A stretch of 32,000 nt of DNA, from contig CP126532.1 in NCBI GenBank assembly GCA_030167145.1, positions 2,010,001-2,042,000 on the forward strand, written 5' to 3'. This DNA is from Ktedonobacterales bacterium. GTDB lineage: Bacteria; Chloroflexota; Ktedonobacteria; Ktedonobacterales; JADMIN01. Below, in pieces: positions 17,360-25,690 of the stretch. Made by a program: the position numbers and the translations under genes. A model generated the notes under the pieces. The model worked only from the letters and a program-made list of their open reading frames with translations, ran no database searches and was not told the origin of the DNA. Numbering within the stretch: position 1 is the stretch's first letter; each line of letters starts with the position of its first letter.

Positions 17360-18365
17360 GTCGCCCACTCCTCTCGCCGGGCCTCGCAGCGGACCCGGGA
17401 TCTGCCTGGCAACGCCTGCTTCGCGCCCATCTGAAGCGAACACTGCTATGCACAGATTTTGTTCACTCTTGCCGCAAGTATACACGCACAAGATAGGCAC
17501 CGCTATCAGGTAAACACCTGATTTTTCTCAGGGGGACCGTACTTCCCTTCCAGAAGTATTGCCGTGTGTGCCTCGGGGTTCTCTCTGACTTCATTTTGAG
17601 AACCATGAAATTCTTGCGACCTTGTTCCCTCTGAGACATCACGCTACGAGATGCCGTCCCTCACACTACTCTCTACGAGAAGATACGCCGACGGTTACAG
17701 CCACGCATGGCGACCGTGGGCGTACTTTGCACGATGTTTGTATAATGAGATGGATATGTGATGTCACCAGAGCGCATGTACGAAGCTCATGCCCACGCTC
17801 TGTTATGTAACGAACACACACCATGCGGCGGGAAATGCGTGCGACGATGCGATTCGCCGCTGCGCTCTCCCCGCCGCAGACTCTCACTCTGTTGGTGCGC
17901 CAGGAGCAGTCTCGCAGAGCATTCTTGATGACGGCACCTTTCGTACTACGTTGCCTGTCGCCGGAATCTCACGGGAAGTGGTGCGATGGGCCGTGACGAT
18001 ACATCTCCCACACCCTGCGCGATATCAGGTGATCCATCTCGAATGCCAGCAATTCGCGCGCCAGCACGCATGATAGCGTGCATGGTGTGACATAGCCAGC
18101 GCGCCATATTCTCGCCTGTAGCCAGCGGACGCCAAGAAATGTGGTACACTACATTACCATGAAGTTGGTTGTTTACCCGCTGGGAACGAGCGGGTGCGAT
18201 AGAGATCACGTGACGAGTCTGGTGGGCCGGGCTTGCATCCATACGGGGCGCTGTGAACGTCCGAAGGAACGATACGACATCAGTGCGATGCCTGGCGACA
18301 ACAGCATCACGCAACAAAGCAGCCGTGGGGCAATGCCCGCACGGCCGGGAAGGTATGTGCAGTAG

Positions 18366-20093
18366 GTGAGTAGTACTCCGCAACACAAACAGAACCGCCC
18401 CCATCACGCCAATGGTGGGAAGCGCGGCACAGTTCATCCGGTTCGCTTAGCGCCACTCGGTGGCCTGGGCGAGATCGGCAAGAACATGCTCGCCATCGAA
18501 TACGGCGAGCAGATTATCATCGTAGATGCCGGACTGATGTTCCCCGACGAAGAAATGCTGGGCGTGGATCTGGTGATCCCCGACGTTTCGTACCTCGCCG
18601 ATAAGCTGGATCGCATCGGCGGCATCTTCATCACCCACGGCCACGAAGACCATGTCGGCGCGCTGCCCTATGTGCTGCCGCAGCTTGGCTTCCCGCCGCT
18701 CTACGCGACCAAGCTTACGCTTGGCCTGATTACCGTGAAGCTGCGCGAGCACCGCATGCTCGACCGCGCTACCCTGATCGAAGTTTCGCCGGACGATACG
18801 ATTCCGGTGGGGCCGATGCGCGTCGGCTTTTTGCGCGTCAACCACAGCATCCCCGATGCCGTGGCGGTGGTTATCCGCACGCCAGCGGGCACTATCCTCT
18901 GCACCGGCGACTATAAGTTCGACTATACGCCGGTGGACGAGCGGCGCGCGGACCTGGGCGCTTTCGCGGAGCTTGGCGCGGAGGGGGTGCTGCTGCTCTG
19001 CGGCGACTCGACGCGCGCCGAATCGCCGGGCTACACACCTTCGGAGCGGGTCATCGAGGAGACGTTCGATGCGCTCTTCGCGCGTGCGCCGGGGCGCATT
19101 CTCCTCGCCACGTTCGCTTCGCTGATTTCACGGGTGCAGATGACGATAGACGCGGCGGCGAAGCACAACCGCAAAGTGGCGCTGGTGGGGCGCTCGATGG
19201 TTAACAACGCGCAGATGGCGATTGAACTGGGGTATCTCAAAGTGCCCAGCGGCATGTTGGTGGCCATCGAAGACGCCAACCGCATCCCCGCCAGCGAACT
19301 GGTAATCATCTGTACCGGTAGCCAGGGCGAGCCGACCTCCGCGCTTACCAAGATCGCCAACGCCGATCATCGCTTTGTGCAAATTCAGCCCAAAGACACG
19401 GTGATCCTCAGTTCCACTCCCATTGTCGGCAATGAAAAGGCCGTTTATCGCAACATTGACAACCTCATCCGCCAGGGCGCCGATGTGTATTACCAGGGCC
19501 GCGCGCAGGTGCATGTCTCTGGCCACGGCAGCCGCGAAGAGCTGAAGCTGATGCTGGCGCTGACCAAGCCGAAGTATGTGATGCCGATGCACGGCGAGTA
19601 TCGCATGCTGGCGCAGCACAAGCAGATCGCGATGAGCATGGGCGTGCCAGCGGAAAATGTGGTGATTGCCCAGGATGGCGACATCCTCGAAGTGTCGGCG
19701 GAGAGAGGCTTCGCTATCGTAGACCATATGCCGTATGGCAATGTCTATGTGGATGGCCTCGGCGTCGGCGATGTGGGGCAGATCGTGTTGCGCGACCGCC
19801 AGGTGCTCTCGCGCGATGGCATTCTGGTGGTGGTGATGACGTTGGATAGCGAGACTGGCGAGCCGCTTGGGGTGGACATCATCTCGCGCGGATTCGTTTA
19901 TGAGCGGGAGGCTGAGCCGCTGATGGATGCGGCGCGGGCCAGAGTGGATAACACCTTCCGCGTGCTGAGCCAGCACCGCCGCAGCGCCGATTGGGGCTTC
20001 TTGAAAAATAAGATTCGCGATACCATGAGCGAATTCGTCTACGAGAAGCTGAAGCGCCGCCCGATGATTCTGCCAGTGGTGGTAGAGGTATAG
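18366..20093 (+). CDS. rnj: Ribonuclease J (metallo-beta-lactamase / beta-CASP)
   Basis: LAPLGGLGEIGKNMLAIEYG N-terminus, the HGHEDHVGALP (HxHxDH) motif, beta-CASP motifs and the C-terminal domain. GTG at 18366 is the only in-frame start, immediately after an in-frame TAG. Confidence 0.93.
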   Translation: MSSTPQHKQNRPHHANGGKRGTVHPVRLAPLGGLGEIGKNMLAIEYGEQIIIVDAGLMFPDEEMLGVDLVIPDVSYLADKLDRIGGIFITHGHEDHVGALPYVLPQLGFPPLYATKLTLGLITVKLREHRMLDRATLIEVSPDDTIPVGPMRVGFLRVNHSIPDAVAVVIRTPAGTILCTGDYKFDYTPVDERRADLGAFAELGAEGVLLLCGDSTRAESPGYTPSERVIEETFDALFARAPGRILLATFASLISRVQMTIDAAAKHNRKVALVGRSMVNNAQMAIELGYLKVPSGMLVAIEDANRIPASELVIICTGSQGEPTSALTKIANADHRFVQIQPKDTVILSSTPIVGNEKAVYRNIDNLIRQGADVYYQGRAQVHVSGHGSREELKLMLALTKPKYVMPMHGEYRMLAQHKQIAMSMGVPAENVVIAQDGDILEVSAERGFAIVDHMPYGNVYVDGLGVGDVGQIVLRDRQVLSRDGILVVVMTLDSETGEPLGVDIISRGFVYEREAEPLMDAARARVDNTFRVLSQHRRSADWGFLKNKIRDTMSEFVYEKLKRRPMILPVVVEV

Positions 20094-20189
20094 CAACAAG
20101 AAATCCGCACGCCCGTTCAACTTTTGGTGTGTTCGCTCGTAGTCTTTGGTGCGCATCATCCTCGATGCGGAATTTTGTAGTGGTATCCG

Positions 20190-21431
20190 ATGATCGGCGG
20201 CTGCTGGTTTCACCGGCACGATGGGCCGGAGATGCGGGCCGCCATCAGGACTACAGGGGGCGAGGAAGCCGTAGGCGAACACTTCCCGGCGGGAATCACA
20301 CCGGGGGAGAAAGGCTGGCTCAGGGTGTCGAGGAATCACACAACTGGCGAACGTGTGGAAGGTGAAGCGGGCGCGGCGGTTGCCACGGCGGTCCGCGAGA
20401 CGTTAACCCGCCTGCGCGCGGGCGAGCCATTGCGGGCGGGGGCGCTGACACTGCTGCCGCTGCTGCCGGCTGCGCCGGATGTGGCACGGCAGACGGGCTT
20501 TCTGCCGCTGGCGGCGGCGCTGGAGGCCAAGGCGTTCAAGATTGCCGAGAAACAGCAGGAGTCGGTGCCAGAGTTGCATGCGGTCAGCACTGCCGATCTG
20601 CCGGTGGTGCTCATCGGCGGCGAACAGGTGGTGGGCGGGTTGCAGAATCGCGTGCTGAACACGACGATTCTGGTTGCCGCGCATACTGCGCTGGATATCC
20701 CGGTCACCTGCGTGGAGGCGGGGCGCTGGCACGGCCAGCGTGTGCCGTGGGCGCAGACATCCAGCGCGCCAGAGCCAGGCGACGCGCGTGCTTTCGCCAC
20801 ACAAGAGGTGGCCTACGCGAAACTGCGCAAGGCGCACTCTGGCTATGTCTCTGGCTCGCTCTCCGGCGCGAAGGGCTACCGCTCCGACCAGGGACGCGTC
20901 TGGAACGAAGTGGCGCAGCGCGTATCATCCACGCGCCTGGCGTCGCCAACGATGGCTATGCACTCGCTGTATCAAGCGCCGGAACGCGCCGACCGGCTGG
21001 GTGAGATGCTCGCGGCGTTGCCACGGCCCGAAGGCGCGCTGGGCTTTGTCGCGCTGGTCGGCGACGAAACACTGGGCGCGGAGGTCTTCACCGATGAGGC
21101 GCTGGCGAGCGCCTATTGGGAGAAACTCGCCCGCAGCTACGCGCTGGAGGCGCTGGACGCGGAACCGAGCCGCACGTCACCAGAAGCGACCGCGCCGACG
21201 GATGCACCGGCTGATGCGACGGCGAACGCAGCGGAGGCGCGGTTGATCGTGGCGGCGCTGGCTGGCGAGATTCAGGTCTACCTTTCCCCTGGTCTGGGGT
21301 CCGATGTGCGCGTGAGCGGTCCGCGGATCTCTGGCGCGGGGTTGGTGTATGACGGCGCGCTGGTGCATCTTTCGCTGTTCCCTGAAGACGAGGTTGCCGC
21401 GCCCGCGCCTGCCGTAGCGCCTGCTGAATAG
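20190..21431 (+). CDS. ARPP-1-like (DUF6569-type) domain protein; function unknown
   Basis: LTLLPLL...LPLAAALEAKAFKIAEKQQESVPELHAVSTADLPVVLIGGEQVVGGLQNRVLNTTILVAAHTALDIPVTCVEAGRWHG matches my memory of the ARPP-1 core (LTvfPL..vtE..sVpeL.v.N....pvLlldGE.l.GakQNRvlN.tiLv......iPVsCVE.GRW). The start is very uncertain. The first about 65 codons have odd composition and no good SD precedes any candidate start (ATG 20190, ATG 20232, GTG 20325, GTG 20355). Confidence 0.7.
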   Translation: MIGGCWFHRHDGPEMRAAIRTTGGEEAVGEHFPAGITPGEKGWLRVSRNHTTGERVEGEAGAAVATAVRETLTRLRAGEPLRAGALTLLPLLPAAPDVARQTGFLPLAAALEAKAFKIAEKQQESVPELHAVSTADLPVVLIGGEQVVGGLQNRVLNTTILVAAHTALDIPVTCVEAGRWHGQRVPWAQTSSAPEPGDARAFATQEVAYAKLRKAHSGYVSGSLSGAKGYRSDQGRVWNEVAQRVSSTRLASPTMAMHSLYQAPERADRLGEMLAALPRPEGALGFVALVGDETLGAEVFTDEALASAYWEKLARSYALEALDAEPSRTSPEATAPTDAPADATANAAEARLIVAALAGEIQVYLSPGLGSDVRVSGPRISGAGLVYDGALVHLSLFPEDEVAAPAPAVAPAE

Positions 21432-21684
21432 CGCGTTGGGAGCGATAGGCAACTGCTTCGCGGCATAGACCGCCCGTCTGTGCTGACGAAGTACAGCTTG
21501 CCGTCGCTCCCGCGTAGCCGTGCCAGCCAATAGACTGCTCATACCTCACGACCGCGAATTTGCCGTGCGCCGTAAGCTTAACTTATCTTTAACACGCTAG
21601 CGGATTTTGCCGATTGCGCACTGTAAGACGCCCTGGTATGGTACAGCCGTGAGAACGTGTCTATCGTACCGGGAGGTGGGTCGC

Positions 21685-23448
21685 ATGGGGCAGGCGACAT
21701 CCGTATCAGCGCAGGCGCGCACGCAACGCTATTCGCCCTGGCAGCGTCTGCGCGCCGTCTTTTACGGTCGGGCAACGCTCGTCTTCGAGGCGCTGATCGG
21801 CCTCACATTGCTGCTGCTGGTGGTGCTGGGCGATGTGATCTACTTCCTGGGGCATGGCGCCAACGGCTCACTGACACAGGCGCTGCTCAAGACGATTGGC
21901 TTGCTGTCGTTGCAAGGCCAGGAAGTCTCATCCAGTGATAGCGCAGGTGCGGCGCTGCTCGTCTTCAACCTGCTCTTTTCGCTGTTGTTTCTGCAAAGCG
22001 TGCTCAATGCGGTGCGTGCCGCGCTCACCAAACGCGATCCGCGCATTCGCCAGCTTGGGCTGGCCGCCACCCTGGGCGACCACGTGATTGTCTGCGGCGT
22101 GGGGCGGGTGGGGCTGCGTGTGCTTTCGCGGCTCGTCGCCTCTGGCATCCCCGTCACGGCCATCGAGCGCGACTGGGAAAGCGCGCTGGTGCCACGCGCG
22201 CTGGCGCTGGGCGTGCCCGTGGTGGTCGGTGACGCCCGCGAATCGCCGACACTGCGCAACGCCGGGCTAGCGCATGCCCGCGCGGTCATCGCCTGCATTG
22301 ATGGCGACCTGCTCGACGTGGAGATCGCGCTCTCCGCCCGTGCCGAACGTCCCGATATCCGGGTCATCTTGCGCGCCTTCAACGAAGACTTCGACCGCGG
22401 TCTCGAAAATAGCTTCGGCGCGAATAGCGCGTTCAGCACCTCAGCGCTCGCCGCGCCGACCTTCGCCGCCGCCACACTGAGCCGCGACATCGAATATGTG
22501 CTGCGGTTCGCGGGCGTGCTCTATGGCGTCGCCTGCCTGGTTGTGACCGACCGCATCGAGCAGGGCGGGCTGACCATGCGGCAACTGGAGGAGCGCTACA
22601 ACGTCCGCGCGCTGCATCAACAACGTGGGGATGTGAGCATGCCCGACCGCCCACTCATCGTCGGCGATGCGCTGACTCTGCTCGGCACACTGCCCGCGCT
22701 GGACGCGGTGCGCGCGGCGGGTCTGGGCGAACGCGCTGGTGTGGCGGATGCTCCCCCGTTACGCCAGACCGCTGAACAGGATACGGTCATCATCTGCGGG
22801 CTGGGCAAAGTTGGCTATCGCGTGGTGCGTCTGCTGCACGCGCAATCGCCGCGACCGCGCATCGTCGTGGTGTATCGTGAGGACGAAGCGCTCTCCTTCG
22901 CGAAACATATCAGCCAGCTCGATGACGTTTCCGTGATCTCTGGCGATGCGCGCGACGCGGAAACGCTGGCGCAGGCGGGGCTGGATCGCGCATTCGCCGT
23001 CGCGGCGATCACCTCCGACGATCTCACCAATTTGCAAATTGGCCTCGAAGCGCGCCGTCTCCAGCCAGGGGTGCATGTCGTTCTCCGCGTCTTCAGCGAT
23101 ACGCTGGCCGAGAAGCTGGTAGACCTTTTCGGCATCCACACCACCTATAGCACCTCCGACCTCGCCAGCCCGACCCTCGCGGCGGCGGCGGTGCTGGGGG
23201 ATGTGAGCCGCGCATTCTTCACCGAAGGCCGCCTCTACGCGATGGCGCGCTTTGCCATCCATGCGGACCACCCACTGAATGGATTGAATGTGGCCGCTAT
23301 TCGCAAGCAATACGGCGCGACAGTGCTTGGCCTGGGGCAGGGCGAAGCGCAGACGGCGCTACCATCCTTCAGCGCGTCAGTTGCGACCGGCGACGAGGTA
23401 ACGCTGGTCGCGCCGCTGGACGTGCTCGCGCGCCTGCGCGGGCGCTGA
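21685..23448 (+). CDS. Two-TM channel-like protein with two tandem RCK (TrkA-N/TrkA-C) modules
   Basis: ATG at 21685 with GGGAGGTGG upstream. It has two N-terminal TM helices, then the Rossmann motifs VIVCGVGRVGLRV and VIICGLGKVGYRV, each followed by a TrkA-C-like segment. The pore-loop region reads KTIGLLSLQG rather than TVGYGD. Confidence 0.85.
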   Translation: MGQATSVSAQARTQRYSPWQRLRAVFYGRATLVFEALIGLTLLLLVVLGDVIYFLGHGANGSLTQALLKTIGLLSLQGQEVSSSDSAGAALLVFNLLFSLLFLQSVLNAVRAALTKRDPRIRQLGLAATLGDHVIVCGVGRVGLRVLSRLVASGIPVTAIERDWESALVPRALALGVPVVVGDARESPTLRNAGLAHARAVIACIDGDLLDVEIALSARAERPDIRVILRAFNEDFDRGLENSFGANSAFSTSALAAPTFAAATLSRDIEYVLRFAGVLYGVACLVVTDRIEQGGLTMRQLEERYNVRALHQQRGDVSMPDRPLIVGDALTLLGTLPALDAVRAAGLGERAGVADAPPLRQTAEQDTVIICGLGKVGYRVVRLLHAQSPRPRIVVVYREDEALSFAKHISQLDDVSVISGDARDAETLAQAGLDRAFAVAAITSDDLTNLQIGLEARRLQPGVHVVLRVFSDTLAEKLVDLFGIHTTYSTSDLASPTLAAAAVLGDVSRAFFTEGRLYAMARFAIHADHPLNGLNVAAIRKQYGATVLGLGQGEAQTALPSFSASVATGDEVTLVAPLDVLARLRGR

Positions 23449-23510
23449 CCGCTGCCACTCAACCGTTTCGGGTGCGCGTGCATGCTGCCGATCCGGTGTA
23501 GAGCAGGCGC

Positions 23511-24665
23511 TTAACCATAGCGTTTACTCGCCGCGATCAGCCCATCGCGCGCCCATTTCCCCATCGCTGGCACATCGGTGCCGCGCAGAATATCCAGCGT
23601 CCTGCGGTACGAATTGAGGCCGGCATCGGTCCAGCCGCTGGCGAGGAGATCGTGGCCGAGCGCGGTGTGCGCCTGTGCCAACAACGGAATATCGCCAATC
23701 TTCTCCGCTCTTTCCACCACCGTCGCAATGGTCTTCGTGGTCTCCATATCGCGTCCGGCGGCGCGGTCGAAGCGCGCCTGCGCCAGCAACGCTAGCATCT
23801 CGCCAATCTCATCCGACATGCGATCAGCCACCTCCAGCGCGCGCGTGATATAGGGATGCGCGAGCGTGATATAGGAATCGCGCGCATGATGTGGTGGCTG
23901 CGCTGAAAATCCCTCGGCGAGATCGAGGGCGATGTCGGTTATCACCGTCTGCAAGCGTCCATATGAGATTCGTTGTGTGGGAAGCATGGCCTGGGCATAG
24001 GCATCGCAGGCAGCCATTGCCCGCCGCAGCGCCTCCTCGGGCTTGCCATCCCAACGCAGTATCAGGGCATCGAACCAATCAATGGTTGCGACATAAGTCC
24101 CCAGTTCGGGCAGGTGCAGTAGAAGAGAACGAGCTTCGAAGATATATTCGCGAGCCGTGGAGCGATCATCCAATAAGTAGGCGCAATCCGCAACTCCGGT
24201 GAGCAAATCTATCTCAAGTTCAGCCACTTCTGCCTGATCGCCGCTGTAGGCTTCTCGTAGAACTTCGAGGCCAGTTTGCAGAGCGGTGATGGCACCCGAA
24301 TAGCGCGTGGCCTCACGATACGCGGCCCCCTTCAGATGCTCAAGCTGGGCCTTGGAGACCCAATCGCCTATAGTGCGCGCATGCTCAGCAGCCTCATCCA
24401 GACACGCGATGCCTACCTTTGGGGACTCTCCGCCAAGGAACGCTACTCCCAGAAAGTAGAACACGCACATGCGCTGGCGCACAGACATCGACAGGCCCAG
24501 GCAGGAAAACGCCACCTCATGAATCTTCAGATACGCATCGGGGCGCGTATGGGCCTGGGCGAGAAGGGCGAGCGCCTGGCGAAGGCGTCGCGCAACTTCT
24601 TCAGAATAATCTGGTTCGAGATGCCAGTATGGTTCGTCGAGCGAGGTGAGCGAGCTGCGAATCAT
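23511..24665 (-). CDS. All-alpha TPR-like repeat protein (about 384 aa), no recognisable DNA-binding or catalytic domain
   Basis: Repeated helical-hairpin segments (AYREATRYSGAITALQTGLEVLRE; ALRRAMAACDAYAQA; AQAHTALGHDLLASGWTDAGLNSYRRTLDIL). The start is uncertain: ATG 24665 (GGGGTGG upstream) is preferred over ATG 24680 or TTG 24734. Confidence 0.7.
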   Translation of the reverse strand: MIRSSLTSLDEPYWHLEPDYSEEVARRLRQALALLAQAHTRPDAYLKIHEVAFSCLGLSMSVRQRMCVFYFLGVAFLGGESPKVGIACLDEAAEHARTIGDWVSKAQLEHLKGAAYREATRYSGAITALQTGLEVLREAYSGDQAEVAELEIDLLTGVADCAYLLDDRSTAREYIFEARSLLLHLPELGTYVATIDWFDALILRWDGKPEEALRRAMAACDAYAQAMLPTQRISYGRLQTVITDIALDLAEGFSAQPPHHARDSYITLAHPYITRALEVADRMSDEIGEMLALLAQARFDRAAGRDMETTKTIATVVERAEKIGDIPLLAQAHTALGHDLLASGWTDAGLNSYRRTLDILRGTDVPAMGKWARDGLIAASKRYG

Positions 24666-24887
24666 CGTGAGCCACCCCATCGGAGATTGGACGGTTCTCT
24701 GCAACGTGGCAAGGCAGCATGCACATGGAGACAAGAGGAAGCGCCTCGCAACAAATAACGATGCCGCGAACAGCGGATAACAACAGCATATCCAGCAGAC
24801 GCCTGGAAATCAATAGATCTGAGGGGCCGGATTACCAATAGCCCCTTGGACCAGTGGAAATCCGGCCAGCCCTACAGCAGACCGAGA

Positions 24888-25046
24888 CTACGGACAGGGC
24901 GACGGAGTGCCGTTGCACGTCCAATTGGGAACGACACGCGCCTGGGACGACACGCTGCGAGTGAGCGCCAACGAAACGATTGGCTGGTGGAAGGCGAAGT
25001 AGCCACCCAGCACCAATGTGGCGGCGAGCAACAACAGACGACGCAT
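24888..25046 (-). CDS. Candidate small secreted peptide (52 aa: MRRLLLLAATLVLGGYFAFHQPIVSLALTRSVSSQARVVPNWTCNGTPSPCP)
   Basis: AGAGGAG lies 9 nt upstream of the ATG at 25046. It has an N-terminal signal-like segment (MRR + hydrophobic core) and a C-terminal C-x6-C. A 9-bp inverted repeat GGCCGGATT/AATCCGGCC (24825-24867) lies just downstream. It is short, so the coding call is tentative. Confidence 0.35.
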   Translation of the reverse strand: MRRLLLLAATLVLGGYFAFHQPIVSLALTRSVSSQARVVPNWTCNGTPSPCP

Positions 25047-25141
25047 AGGATGGGACTCCTCTGGCAAAACCTGGTTGACGATGGTTGGTGCTCGCGGCCG
25101 CTTGCGAGAACTAGCATGCCAGAGGGCAAGGGCGCTGCGGA

Positions 25142-25161
25142 ACTCACAGCCATGTGAGTGC
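25142..25161. repeat. Copy 1 of palindromic motif ACTCACAGCCATGTGAGTGC
   Basis: CTCACA-gcca-TGTGAG inverted repeat. It shares TCACAGsCATGTGAGTG (16/17) with copy 3 and CATGTGAGTG with copy 2. Confidence 0.5.
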
Positions 25162-25345
25162 ATGCGTGGGCTGCCTGGGTGTGGGGGATGAGCCAGCTAT
25201 CAAGTACGGGGTAGTGCCAGGAGGGATGGGCAGAGCAGATGCGCTCGCTGTATACGGAATTATGGCTACACTTTAGATAGAGTGACCGGTCTTTCAGTTC
25301 GTCCGCTGCTGTGCTATCATGTGGCCCGAAGCAAGGTGCAGCGCC

Positions 25346-25357
25346 ACCACTCACATG
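25346..25357. repeat. Copy 2 (inverted orientation, half-site) CCACTCACATGG = complement of CCATGTGAGTGG
   Basis: Exact reverse complement of the CATGTGAGTG core seen at 25151-25160 and 25543-25552. Confidence 0.45.
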
Positions 25358-25534
25358 GAATGATCTTGAGGTGTTGTCATGCATCGGCTTCGCAGGGTGA
25401 ATGCCCCACGTTATCCCGTGGTGAGAGCACTGCGGGTGGCGAGTTGGGTGATAAGGGAAGCTCTCGGCATGAATGCCGCGGGTAATCTCGTTGGCATGCG
25501 TGGTAACTATGCCAACCACTCAACGCAATTTGGT

Positions 25535-25553
25535 ATCACAGGCATGTGAGTGG
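25535..25553. repeat. Copy 3 of palindromic motif ATCACAGGCATGTGAGTGG
   Basis: TCACA-ggca-TGTGA inverted repeat, about 140 nt upstream of the HTH-like gene start. Confidence 0.5.
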
Positions 25554-25690
25554 TCGGAAATGCGAATGCGAGGTACGCTGGCGTTACAGGTCATCTGATA
25601 TGGGTTGCCACCTGAGCGGCGGGTGAAGTAGGTGCGACGTTGGGGGTACGCGACAAAGCGCGCGGGCAGTGTGCGGAAGGGAGCGAGTGT

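Noticed and set aside
18261-18271. CCGAAGGAACG, which resembles the 3' end of the glutamine (glnA) riboswitch.
   Set aside because: There is no complementary CGUUC P1 strand and no GGAAGUAGG E-loop element upstream on either strand. It is also in the wrong genetic context (upstream of rnj).
17789-18437. ORFs of 94 aa (plus strand) and 163 aa (minus strand) in the sigma/rnj intergenic region.
   Set aside because: They overlap each other and are His/Arg/Cys-rich. They have no SD and no family signature, so the region is treated as non-coding.
25447-25461. GGTGATAAGGGAAGC, reminiscent of cobalamin-riboswitch core elements.
   Set aside because: The order of the elements is inverted relative to the consensus, there is no GCCACTG B12 box, and there is no relevant downstream gene.
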